From positions 199,173-263,172 of IMG/VR virus record IMGVR_UViG_3300045988_160394: 64,000 bases of DNA, one strand, 5' to 3'. Numbering within the stretch: position 1 is the first letter of the stretch; each line of letters opens with the position of its first letter. The position numbers and the translations under genes are program-made. The stretch is from a virus. Below, in pieces: positions 12,038 to 24,113 of this stretch. The notes beneath the pieces are model-generated. The model had not been told where the DNA came from. It did no database searches and was given only the letters and a program-made list of their open reading frames with translations.

Positions 12038-15000
12038 TTAAAATAACATTGAAACCAATCCTTGAATACCTGATTGGACACCGTATTCGCCTATTTTTTT
12101 AACATCACTAGCAGTTTGACTTATGTCTCCAACTATTCATAGTCCTGGTGCACTAGTAGGACTCATAGATATATTTTGTAAAGAAACTCCTAATCCAGAC
12201 ATTGCTGTTACCATATTAGAAGCATATTTGATACCACCTGTACCTTTATCAAATTTATGAATGTCTGGTGCATCTTGATATTGAGCTTTTCCTTTCTCTG
12301 ATTCGTAATATCCGAAATCAGATAATAACATACCTTCGTTCTGAATAGTTTTCATTTTAACATGTTTCAAATTAACGTTAGGTTTCCAACCTCTTCAGTT
12401 CATACCAGGTAGTTTATGCTTTTTGAAAAACTTCCTGTTACTATCTACTTTTTTTACTTTCTCTCTTCAAGCTATTTGTAGAGGTTTCCTTAAATATTCT
12501 GGTAAAGATTTAAGGATTTTTTTTCTTTCGTTCTTATCAGTTTCATTCATAAAGTTTATAAAATAATCTTTATATTGATCTGGTATTGACGCTAAGATTT
12601 CATCTTGTGTAGCTCCTTCTGATAATCCATAAATAGTAGATTCCATTGCTTTCTTGTAAGCAACTGCTGCCTTAGTATACTTACCACCTTTAAGCATGGT
12701 TTGTTGTGATTGTAAAGCCTGTATCTTATTGTTAATCTTCATCATTTGTTGATCATATTCATATCCACCAGCTGTATATTTATTACTCAACTTTTCGGCC
12801 TTTTTAATCAATTTAGCAACTTTTTCTTTATTTTTATCTATTTTTCTAAAAGCTTTCTTTATATTTACGCTTCCTTCGAAAACAAAAGCTCTTAAAGCAG
12901 CTTGATTATATAAGCCTTTATATTTCACATATTCTAATCTATCAAAATATTCATCTAGTTCAAATTTCTTTTCAACTTTCTTAGGTATTCATTTTCTTCT
13001 AAACATGTCTTTATCAAAATCAGGATTCTTAATAGCTGATACACCTAATCCAACTAAAGCACCTATAGCTGCACCTTTACCATGTCCTAATTCATCTAAT
13101 TTTAAATATCTAGATAATGTTTCTCCAGCAAAAGCAAATGATGCTGTTGCTTTCAATGGATTTTCAGCATTATTTCATCCTCATGCTAAAGACCCTAAAA
13201 CTGCTCCAACTTCTGCTCCTACTTCTATATTAGTTTTCTTTCTTATATTAGTAGTTCTAACTCCTAAGTTCCATAAAGCAGCAGTACCCATTCCAAGTAA
13301 AGCTGTAGGGTTAGTTGCAGCCATTAATGCTCCTGCTCCATATTTTAAATAAGATTCACTAGTTAGTTTCCCTATATTCATAAATAAAGCAGCGGAAGCT
13401 ACTGCACCTGCATGTTGTAACATAGACTGTCCTGATATTCTATTAAACGCAGGTTTTACGAATCCTTCAATAGGATGATCCCAAGTAGTTAATGAGTTAC
13501 CATAAATTTGTTCATTCATGAAAGATTCTCTAGCTGTTTCTATTTTTAAATACTTATTATGAAGGAATGGAATATTAGCATGACCAATAACTTCTTGAAT
13601 AGCTCCTAATGTTTCTTGCATAGCTGAAACATTTGCTAAATAACCTATGGCACTTGTATCTTCTTTATCTTTAGTTGCCATTCCTCTTTCTATTAATGTC
13701 TTGTTAATATTAGTTCCTAATCCATCTGTATCATATATAACAGCATTAGTAATTAATCCATCTTCTAATCTTTTTATAGCATTAGCTGATGTTCTATAGT
13801 TAATATGTTGACCTACATCTAATACATCATGGACATCAGCATCTTTATCTAAAACAATACCTCCAAGATTAAGTTTTTCTCCTGAAGCTAATTCTACAAT
13901 AGAACCATTGATGCTTTTAACTACACCTTTTTTCATTTTTACATTATTACGTATATATCTGTAATTAAAGAATTCATGGTTCCCTGACATTTTATTAGCC
14001 CTTTGTTGAATCTCTTTCATCTCTTCTATTAACTCAGGGTCTTTTACAGTATTTCTAGCAATGTTTCTCCATATCTTATATTCTTGTGATGATGGTGCTA
14101 TGTCTGCTAATATTTTAAATCTATCAAATGCACCATATTCACCAAACTCATCTGAATGAAGTTTATTAAGAGTTTCGTATCCTTTACCAGGTAATCTCAT
14201 TTCTCCTTTAGGTAATGAAGTAAATGGGTCCCCTGTTAAGAATCTTTCAGGTAATCATTCAGGCATATTATTTCTTAATGGATTATATCTAATAATAGAC
14301 TTATCTTCTGATGGAAAGAAACGTCTAGCTATCTCCATTAATTCTCCACCAAAACCACCTATTTGAGAATCTCAGAATCCTCTAGAGAAACTTGTCATTG
14401 CTCCTGCATCAGCATATCTCATTTTATAGCTATCTTCTCCAAAAGCAAAGTCTCCTAAGAATCCATATATACCAGATAGCTGTTTAGCAGAATATATTCC
14501 ATCTTGCATAAAATTAGTTACAAGACTTTTATTAACCAAACCAGGGTCATATATATCACTATAATATTCTGAATTTCTAACATTCATTTGATTAACAAGA
14601 TTAGTGTATACATAAGTACCTTTAGTCTTATCAGGTAATACACCTTTATTGTATGCTGGGTTAGATTCATAACCAGTTAAATAATTCGCTGCTTTTTTAA
14701 TATACTTATTTAATCCAGAAACTATTTGTCTAGCTATTACTCCTGTTTCTTGAGATTGGCTAGATATTGTTTGTACAATAGGGCTATTAGGATCTATTGC
14801 TTGTGTTTTATCGAATGCTGGATTAACATCTCCATTAGGAACATTTAAATGATTAAAAGATTCAACATCATTTTCTACAAAACCTACTCCAGGAGAAGAA
14901 ACTTCTCCATGAGAAATGTTTATATTCATATGGCCGTCTCCTGGATTACCATATGGAACATACTTAGCATTTCTTACATCAGTACCTTCAAAAATTAAAA

Positions 15001-18000
15001 CATCATCATTTTTATTTCCTCTAGCTTTAATTTTTTCGTTAATGTGTTTTAGTACCGTTCTTATATCTCTTCCATCACTACCTAATCTTTTCTTTACTTC
15101 AGGAAGCATTCTTACTGGTTTTATCATTTCTCCTAAAGTTGGATTAAGTATAGCTCCTCAAGGAGTACCTTCAGTAAATAGTTTTCCTGTTAAAGGATAA
15201 GGTCTATCATCCATATGTTTTTTCTCTAACCAATATGGATCTAAGAATGCTCTTATAGGACTTAGAGGATGTCTAATTGTTGGTATTCAACTATGTTTCC
15301 ATTTTTCATTTTCTGAACCATATATACTAACGTCTTTATAATTACTATGAGCTCTTCTTAAATAGTTAGGTTGATAGTATTGAACTGATCCTCCTCTAAA
15401 TTCATTAGCTGAACCAAAGCCCCAGAAACGTCCTCTTCTAACAACTGATACTCCATTTTCATATCATTCTTTTCTTTCATCAGCATCTTGAAATTCATTT
15501 GTTCCTGTCCAATACTCTCCTATTATAGATGATTCTTTAGCTCAGTTAATAGCTTGACCTATACCAGTAGCATAAGCTAATTTTCTTGCTGCTATATCTA
15601 CATTGGAAACTGCATTAGCTGCTGCTCCAGTAATAGAAACTCCAGTAAAGTTTTCTGATTCAAAATTAAGATAATCATATAGCTTATAAGCAGCCATTAC
15701 TGGCAATACTCTTTTAAGACCTATATTTTTAATTAATTCTAAAGTAGAACCTGTATTTTCTGATGATAGATTTAATCCTACTCCTTCTAATCCTCACATT
15801 AATCTTGCAACCATAAATTGAGGTATTTGAGTAAGGGATGTGTAGTTGCTTAAATCACCATTTCTACTAGCTAGTATTTCCTTACCTGCTTGGCCTGCTA
15901 ATTTAATAGCATCGTTTATTGATTTGATTTGTCCTAATCTTGATAAAGCAGATTCTCTATTAAAAGTATAGTTGTCATACTCATTTATATAAGTTTCATT
16001 TAAACTACCAAAAGTCTTATCATAAATATTAGTTCTAGATCCTAAATCGTCTATCATATTTATGTATTCTTGTTTAAACGTAGGACTAGTAGTTAATAAG
16101 TCATCTAGTTTTTTTAATGGAGAACCTTCTCCTATTAATTGATTAAGATGCAAATCCTGGTCAAAGTCATTATAGATTTCTAAGTTCTTTTGCATAATAG
16201 ACCAGTTAGCAAGATATCTTAAATTCTTTTGTTGTTCTAAAGTTAAGTTAGAGTTTTGTAGAACCTTTTCTAAATTAACTATTCCAGATTTAACTCCACC
16301 ATTAGATTCTCTTAACATAACTTCTTTAAGAGCTTCTCTTCTAATAACGTTTTCTGCATCTAATACATTAGTAGACGAAACAGAATATCCAAATATACTT
16401 TTACTATCTACTTGAGATATGTTTTGCATATTCATTAAATGGTCTATATTAGATAAACCTTTATTAAATATATTGTTTAAATCCTGATTAAAGAAATTAC
16501 TTTCTCCTGAATTATTTATTAAATGTAATAATTCTTCAGCATTTTCATACTCTTTATTATTTAAAATATTAAGTATTCTTAACGATTCTTTATCTGTTAT
16601 TGCTCCAGAATGTATCAATGAAGATATAGAAGAATCAGTCACTTGTTGAGAAGCAGTTATATCATTTAATATAGATGATAATTTTTTATTATCTTCTAAT
16701 ACCATATTTGCTATATTTGCAGAAGCTTCTAATAAACTTTCTTCTGAAAAATCCATTCCTTTTGCTTCAGCATAAACGTAAGATAGTTGATCTATTTTTT
16801 CTTCTGTACTTAAATCACTACCTATAAATCTTTTTACTCTTAATAGCTTGTCTTTAACTCTATCTTGGTCTTTCTTACTATTGCCAGTAAAAATGTCTTT
16901 TATTTTATTAAACATAGTATAGGAACCAGTTTGATCAATGTCTAATTTTTTAGCAAGCTCATTATCACTTGCTGTTAATATGTCTTTATTAGTACCTAAG
17001 AACTCTTTTGTTAATCTAGCCCCTTTACCATGCATATTATTATTTATAATACCATCTGCTATCTTATCTGAAAGAACTAAATTGCCTTGTTCATCTAAAA
17101 CAGTTTCAAACAACTTTGCTTTTTTAGTACTAGCGTTACCTATAGCTATTTTAGAAGTGAAAGCAGTTGTACTAGTATTTCCTTCTTCATAAGCTCCTAA
17201 TAATGAAGTATTTAAAGCTTTAAAGTTAACGAATATAGGATTACTCTTTTTTAATTTTATAGCATCTGTTAATCCAAATATTCTACCTAGAGTACTTACT
17301 GAAAAGTCATCTATAGCTTTATTAGCCATATCTCTTACTTCGGCCGTACTATATATTTCACCATTTCTATTTATTCTAATAGCTTTATCAAAGATAGTAT
17401 TGTCATCTAATTCAGGCATTTTATCAATAAAGTCTTTTAAATTCTTTTTGACTAATCTACCATTTTCATCTTTAGTTACATAATCAAACATTCTAGGATT
17501 ATAGTCTTTAGACTCAGTAAACTTTTTAAAGTCTCCAAGAGTCATTGCTTTATCTCCAGAAAATAATAGTTCACTATCTATTTCTAAACCTAAAACATTC
17601 TTTGCGAATTTATCTACTTTACCAAAGATAGTATCACTTGTTTTCTTATTATCTAATAAGCTATTTCTTAATTCTTTATCTACTTGTTCTCTTATCTTTC
17701 TAGTCTTAGAAAAGTTATTTCTTACTTTTTCAGATATATCTTTTTTAGAATTATATATATATTCTAAGAATTCTTGTTTCTCTTCATTAGAGAAATTCAT
17801 CTTATTGAAATGCTTATCTAAGAAATTAGAAAAAGCTATCTTATTATCTTTAGATACTACTGCATTTTCATTTATTTTTTCATAAGCCTCTAAAGCAGTA
17901 TTTTTAATCGTAACTGGATTTCTTTCGATGTTTTCTTTTTTTGTATATTTAGCAATAAGCTTAAATACTTCTTGTTTCTTTAATTCAGTTTCATAGTTAG

Positions 18001-18403
18001 CTTTAATACCTCTAATAGCATCTGAAGCTCTTACTTGATCTATGTTTTTTATTTGACCAAATAAATTATTTTTTCTAGTACTGTTAAATTTAAAAGAATC
18101 TTTTCTAAGTTTTCTTTCTTCTTCAAAAGTCTTTTTGCCTAATCGGAAAGCATCTCTTAAATCTTCACCAATAGTTCTTTTATCTAATCCTGTTCTAGTT
18201 GCTTTTAAATCTCTAAGCTCTTTATTAGCTTTTTTAATAGCCGTTTTAGCAGAAGGAATAAATTCACTTGATAAAGTTCTTTTTAAAGATGTATTATTAA
18301 AAACAGCTGCACCGCCTCCTATGGCTAATGCAGCTGCTCCAACTTTGGCGACTTTACTAACTGTAGAAGAATCTCTTTCTTTATCTCTTCTTTTTTTAGC
18401 CAA
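12038..18403 (-). CDS. 2121-aa tape-measure-like giant tail protein
   Basis: Track ORFs 15794..18403, 14372..15127, 13181..14200, 12467..12928 and 12137..12370 are one frame. There are 13 in-frame TGA (15794, 15542, 15464, 15287, 15158, 14372, 14255, 13181, 13175, 12989, 12467, 12395, 12137) and no TAA/TAG until 12038. Basic N-terminus, long helical body, Gly/Ala-rich hydrophobic segments near the C-terminus. It sits directly after the chaperone pair, downstream of sheath and tube. Confidence 0.7.
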
Positions 18404-18425
18404 GTATTATCACCTCTTTATTGTT

Positions 18426-19220
18426 TTATCTCAAAGCCACTGGTACTGTACTAGCAGATTGACTTTCATATCCAGTAAACATAGCATCGGCATCCCAATC
18501 TATATCTGGATACATTTTTCTAAAATCTAAGTATTGTTTATACTCACTTTCAGTCATTTCTCTTGATCCAACTTTTATTTTAGCAGAGCCATCTGAATAA
18601 TGTTGAGATGCTTTTTGTTCTACATGCTCTTCATCATTTTCATCATGGTCTTCATAATATTCTTCTTCATCATCTGTTTCTATATTAGCTCTTAAGAAAT
18701 CTGCTAAATCATTTTGTAATTCAAGATTTCTAAATGTAGTTAAGTTATATTCTGCTTTTACAAACATCTTGCAGAATTTAATCATATCTCATTCTTCTAT
18801 TTCTTCTATTCTATAATTAGGGAAAGCTTCTGCTATTATACAAGTCATTTGTGAATCCATCTCTTGTAATTCTTCCCTAAAAGAATTTAATAACTGTAGT
18901 ATCTGATCTGCTCTTAAAAATGAGTTATCTAATATTTGTTCGTAAAGTAAGCTAGGAATGCCTGCTTCTATTTCATCCAAATCAATTTCAGTAGGATATA
19001 AAAGGGTAGCTTCAATTATTTCATCTTCTTTCTCTATTTGTTCAAGCTGATTATTTAATATAATGCTTTTATATTCTTTTCTATTAAGAGGTCTATATAT
19101 GAAGTTATATCCTCCTATATCAGCAAAAAAAATAACTTCATGTTTAGACATTAAATCTTTAACTACTGCATCGAAATCAGCTTCTTGTTGTCTATTTTTA
19201 GAAGCGTTTGATATTTTCAT
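18426..19220 (-). CDS. Chaperone-position protein, 264 aa if TGA 18789-18791 is decoded (143-aa chaperone-like domain plus 120-aa extension)
   Basis: Track ORFs 18789..19220 (ends TGA) and 18426..18785 are in the same frame with only 2 codons between them. The N-terminal part is a paralog of 19224..19640. It lies immediately upstream of the tape-measure-like gene. Confidence 0.6.
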
Positions 19221-19223
19221 ATT

Positions 19224-19640
19224 TTATACCGCCTTTGTGCTTGTTATACCAAATCCAGTCTTTATCATTGTTTCGGATGCTATATAGTCAGATATACCTG
19301 CAAAGTCTTCTATTAATTCGTCTACATTCTCAGGATAAAGTATTACCTTCTTTGCAAAAGCTTCTTGTTTTTCATAAAAAGCTAAATCTGGATCTTCAGA
19401 ATAAGTATCAGTTAATATCTCTTTATATTCACTTCTCTTTAATCTTTTCCATATGATTTGTAAATCTGTACCAGATATTTCAGTTATGAATACTTCTTTT
19501 AATTTATATTTTTCTTTTAATTCCTCAGCTATCATTTCTATTGGTTTTGTTTTCTCAACCTTAACTTCTTCAGAAGTTACTTGATCTTTTATAACTTCTT
19601 CTTTTTTTGTATTATTTTTTTTCATTCTTAAATCCTCCAT
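19224..19640 (-). CDS. Tail-assembly-chaperone-position protein (138 aa), paralog of 18789..19220
   Basis: Intact ORF with TAA stop and no TGA. Shared blocks: VFITEISGTDLQIIWKRLKRSEYKEIL vs VIFFADIGGYNFIYRPLNRKEYKSII; ILYPENVDELIEDFAGI vs LLYPTEIDLDEIEAGI. Confidence 0.6.
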   Translation of the reverse strand: MEDLRMKKNNTKKEEVIKDQVTSEEVKVEKTKPIEMIAEELKEKYKLKEVFITEISGTDLQIIWKRLKRSEYKEILTDTYSEDPDLAFYEKQEAFAKKVILYPENVDELIEDFAGISDYIASETMIKTGFGITSTKAV

Positions 19641-19668
19641 TTTTATTTATTTTCTAATAATTAGTATA

Positions 19669-20733
19669 TTAAGATTTGCTTATATACATAGTACAACTTT
19701 TATTAACTTTAAATACTGTATCTATTTCTGTTCTATATAAGCTGAATTCTAGAGAACAATTTATACCTTTTCCAGAATTAATTTTAGAATTTAGTTTTTC
19801 TATGTCACTTTTATCAGTTATTCTGCATACTCATCCTTGATCACAATAAGTTAGCGTATATGTTTTAGATAAGTTTATTTTACTATCAGAAATAGTTAAT
19901 TTAATATTATTAATCTTATCTCCGCTTTTCTTATTTATTATTTCAGGAAATGCTACAGAAATTAAACAATTATCTTTGTCTAATTTTCTTAATGCAATAT
20001 TAGTAACGATAGCTAAATAATTTTGATTACCTAACGCTTTACTCTTTGCAGTATCAACATCACTTTTATTTTTCTCTTCTACAACAACATAATCATATTT
20101 ATTATTTGCTGATTTTAAATTAGGATTAGGAGTTGGAGTATTATCTTTAACATTGCCATCTTCTTCAGTCTTTTTATAAGATAAGTTTCTTGCTATAAAA
20201 CTATATACTTCTGCTATAGGTTCTCCACTAGTGTCAAGAACTTGTTGATACCCTGTTATATAAACTCCTTCTATAACTTGGAATGTTGCATTATATGATG
20301 TTTCATTACTTACGTTATATCCACCATATCCTATCACTATATCAAAACACTTTCTAAATAAAGCTGCATTTAATGGATCACATGAAACTCCAACTTTGTC
20401 ATAAGGATTCGCTATAGATGATTCTGGTATACGTTCTAATAAATTAGCTATATAACCTACTTCTGTAAAGTTAATTATAAAAGTACCTTCTACTAATTTC
20501 TGTCCAATAATTATTCTAGATGGAAGAAAGCTATTAAAACCATATATGGGTTTTTTCTGTTCAGTATAAGTAAAATCAATTCTAGCTATATCTATTATTC
20601 TTTCTCCACCAATAAACATTTCTGCATCTATTGAAGAGAAATACCTTTTATGTGTTCCAGCATATTTAGTTGTACTAGTAATTAAGTCTCTATCACTAGC
20701 TTGTACTCCATACGTAAAATAAGGCTTAGCCAT
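19669..20733 (-). CDS. Tail-tube-fold paralog 3 (354 aa with TGA 19831 decoded)
   Basis: Track ORF 19831..20733 ends in TGA; the frame continues 53 codons to TAA 19669. FSSIDAEMFIGGERIIDIARIDFTYTEQKKPIYGFNSF...GQKLVEGTFIINF...FDIVIGYGGYN...YSFIARNL parallels the tube protein 23375..24040. Confidence 0.6.
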
Positions 20734-23288
20734 TAAATCACCTCCAAATCTATTGAATAAGCTTTTGTATTTAGATTATCCATTATTACAAATCCTGATT
20801 TTATTACAGGATTACTATCTATCATATAAAAAATATTTATATCATAATTGTCATTTATAATTGCTGAGTTAGAATCATAATGATACACATTATAACTATC
20901 TTTTTTAATGCATATTTGAATAAGTTGAGAATCGTTTGCTTTATCAAAAATGATTGTTTTATTTTTAGAATCATATATTGCTTTTTTATACTTTTCTTTA
21001 TTTATACATTTTTCATTAAAGATAGTCTTATATAATTCATAAAGCAAATCAAAACTATCACTTTTTAATGATAAGATATTTTGAGCATAAGATGGCTCAA
21101 CATTTTTTACAAATGTATTCTCACTATTTACTATAGATGATACATCTGATAAATATCCTTTTTTATTTATATTGCTTTCTATTTTTTTTGTAATCATATT
21201 ACAATCGTTATTCTTTAAATAATTATTAACATCATTACTATCTTCTAATAAAGATACAAAACCTACATCTGAAATAATACTGTACTGTTCGTTTTCTATT
21301 CATAATGCAAATATATCATCTTTATTAATAGCTGTTAAATACTTATTTAATACTAAAGTTTTATCTTTATCTGTAAATTTTATTTTTCTAAAAGTTGTAG
21401 TATCTAAACATTCACTTAATTTAGATATGCATAAATAATATATATTATCTTTGTTTCCTAAGTTTTCTATATAATCAACATCGGCTATTAAATCTAAAGA
21501 TTCATTTATATATCCACCAGGAGCTTTTAATAAATATATATCTTTATCTTTGTTTTCTTTAGCTGTTAAACATTTTAAAGATAAATTAGATAATTTAGAA
21601 TTACTTAAAGACGGTGTATCGTATTTTTCTAATGTATTAACACTATTATATATATTTTTTAAGAAACCTTTGTCATTGTCTGAAAAAGAATAAAAACAAT
21701 ATCTTGGTGATTTAATATTGTTATTATTTATACCTATTACATTATACAATGTATTACTTTTTCCAGTGTATGTTACTTCAGTAGGATAAGAAAGTGTAGA
21801 TTCATAATAATTTTTATTATTTCTATCTATAAAAACATTTGCTTTTATAACACCATTATTAAATTTAAATGTATTGCCAAATACATTATCTATTTTTTTT
21901 GTTGGCATGTAATCATAATTATCACTATTAATAGAAGATATAAATTCGTTATTATATTTTACTGCCATTAACATTAGTTCTTTTGATTTTATATCTTTCT
22001 TACTACTAAGAGTATTTATAAAGTTTTCATCTTTTAATTCATCTAAAATAGGAATATATGAATTGAAATCACTTGCTAATAACATTTTATTGTTCTTTAC
22101 ATATTCTTTGTATTGATTAACAAAACTATCTTTAACTTCTAAAGTTCTTACTTTAACACTTTTACTAAAGTTATTATCTAGTTTTGTATATATAAGATAA
22201 TCTTGATTACTTTCTAAATTATTAAAAGTACATCTTCTAGATATTAACTCTTGTTCTATCTTTTTATTAGTAGCAATATCAATACAAACACATGTATCAT
22301 GGCTACTATTGTTAGACATAACTTTTATAGAACTATTAGTAACTAATTCTATAATAGGAGCATCATCTGATATTGTATTAAACACAATAACTTTATTAAC
22401 AGCAAAAGTAGCTGTATTTGATAATGTTTGACCTTTATTATGATATCAAGCGGAATACTCTCCAGGTTTCATATAAGCATAATGTGTTTTACTTTTTTCA
22501 TTTATTTGTACTTCTTTAACTATATTATTAGTTTTTCTATCAGATATAGATATAGTACCTACTACTTGATTTGGCGAAAGATAAAACTTAACCAAACCTT
22601 CATCTTCATTTGAAGAAGGTTGTTCAACTATTGCTGATAAGTATATCTTTTTAAAATTGTTTGAATTAGTTATATTATTTATATCATGAATAGACTCTCC
22701 TAGATTGTTAGGCTTAGATATATTTCTATTTGGATGAGTAGAAATAACTTTATTATTTTTATTAGATTGATTACTTCCTACTTCTATTCCTTTTCTTAAT
22801 GGTTCCATAGCTGTAGCTACAAATTGATAAGTATTTTCTGTATATAAATCGTTGATTGACATAACTTGTCCTTCATTAATTATTCTTAATCCATATATAG
22901 CCATTCTAGAAGTTCTTCCGTATTCGTTAGCAAATGTTATAGTAATATCTAAAGCAGGTAATTCATCAGGAAGAAAGAATTCTTTACCTGTAGCGGTTTT
23001 TAAATCATCAAACATCTCTGTTGCAAAATGCTGATCGAAAACAGCAAATACTAAAGATCCAGCAATTGTTCTTTGACCTAATGTATAATCTAGAGCATTA
23101 GCACTTCCAATAACTCTAACTGGTTTTTTATCTTGGTGAGTAGAAACAGATAAAGTTTGAATAGAGCCTAATGTATAAACTTTTTCAGCAACGTTACCAT
23201 TAGCTCCAGTTACAACATTTAATCTAGCAGTAACAACTATATCACAACCAGAATAACTGTCATATCCTTTTATTTCGAATTTAGCCAT
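20733..23288 (-). CDS. Tail-tube-fold paralog 2 with long C-terminal extension (851 aa if TGA 22446 and 21300 are decoded)
   Basis: Track ORFs 22446..23288, 21300..22385 and 20733..21197 are one frame. They are joined by TGA at 22446 and 21300, and the gaps hold no TAA/TAG. The downstream pieces lack convincing RBS/ATG starts. The N-terminal 165 aa resemble the tube protein (CDIVVTARL...VYTLGSIQTLSVS...RTIAGSLVFAVFD...LDITITFANEYGR...YQFVA). Confidence 0.6.
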
Positions 23289-23335
23289 TATATATCCTCC
23301 TTTTTTATTTTAGATATAGCTTTAATATATGTTTA

Positions 23336-23368
23336 CAAAAAAAAGAGGAAGTACTGAGACTTCCTCTT
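23336..23368 (-). terminator. Rho-independent terminator after tube gene 1
   Basis: Minus-strand RNA: AAGAGGAAGU-CUCAGU-ACUUCCUCUU (10-bp perfect stem) followed by a run of 8 U. Confidence 0.75.
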
Positions 23369-23374
23369 AAAAAA

Positions 23375-24040
23375 CTACCAAGTAGTACTTATGAAACCTT
23401 TGTTATTATCATCAATAGGCTTCATTGAATCTACTGATCTACAAACGAAAGTATAAGCTTTTTCAGATGTAGGAGCATCAATAGAGAAACCTGTTCCTTC
23501 ATTCAATAACTCTACTCCATATAAAACAGTAGAAGCTTTATTACCATATTCATTAGCAAAAGTGATTGTAATATCGAATGGTAATAGTTCATCAGCGTAT
23601 CTTGGTTTAACATTTTCTGCAACTAGGTCAGAAGGAGTTTTACCTGTAACACCAGCTCCAGTATTAGTACCAGAAGATAGACTAGTCATGTGCTTATCCC
23701 ATTCTTCAACTGAAGTAAATTGTAAAGCACCATTATCATCTGAAGTTTTGAATACATTTGCATGGTATTTACTGATTCCTGGACCATCTGATAATTCAAC
23801 CATTAATGCGTCTCTATTGAAAGTAATGAATACTAAGTTACCAGCTATACCTCTTTTACCTCTTGAGAAAGATCTAGGCTCTGCACTACCCATAGTGTAA
23901 ACAGGAACCTTTTCTCTAGTAATTGAGTATGTTATGGCCTGTAACTCACCAATTGTTTTACCATTGAATGTAGCAACAATATCGCTACCTCCAAAAGTAG
24001 TATAAGTCTTCTTATATTGTTCTGTGGACATGTTAGCCAT
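23375..24040 (-). CDS. Tail tube protein (221 aa)
   Basis: Lies directly downstream of the sheath gene. Intact ORF, TAG stop, no TGA, strong RBS AAGGAGGAA. Bracketed by hairpins, consistent with high expression. Confidence 0.7.
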   Translation of the reverse strand: MANMSTEQYKKTYTTFGGSDIVATFNGKTIGELQAITYSITREKVPVYTMGSAEPRSFSRGKRGIAGNLVFITFNRDALMVELSDGPGISKYHANVFKTSDDNGALQFTSVEEWDKHMTSLSSGTNTGAGVTGKTPSDLVAENVKPRYADELLPFDITITFANEYGNKASTVLYGVELLNEGTGFSIDAPTSEKAYTFVCRSVDSMKPIDDNNKGFISTTW

Positions 24041-24087
24041 TAGAACATTCCTCCTTTATTATATTCATAAACAATATATTTAATTAT

Positions 24088-24108
24088 AAGAGGGGATATA
24101 CCCCTCTT
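24088..24108 (-). terminator. GC-rich hairpin after sheath gene (weak terminator or RNA-stabilising hairpin)
   Basis: AAGAGGGG-UAUAU-CCCCUCUU on the minus RNA. The following tract AUAAUUAAAU is only weakly U-rich. Confidence 0.4.
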
Positions 24109-24113
24109 ACATA

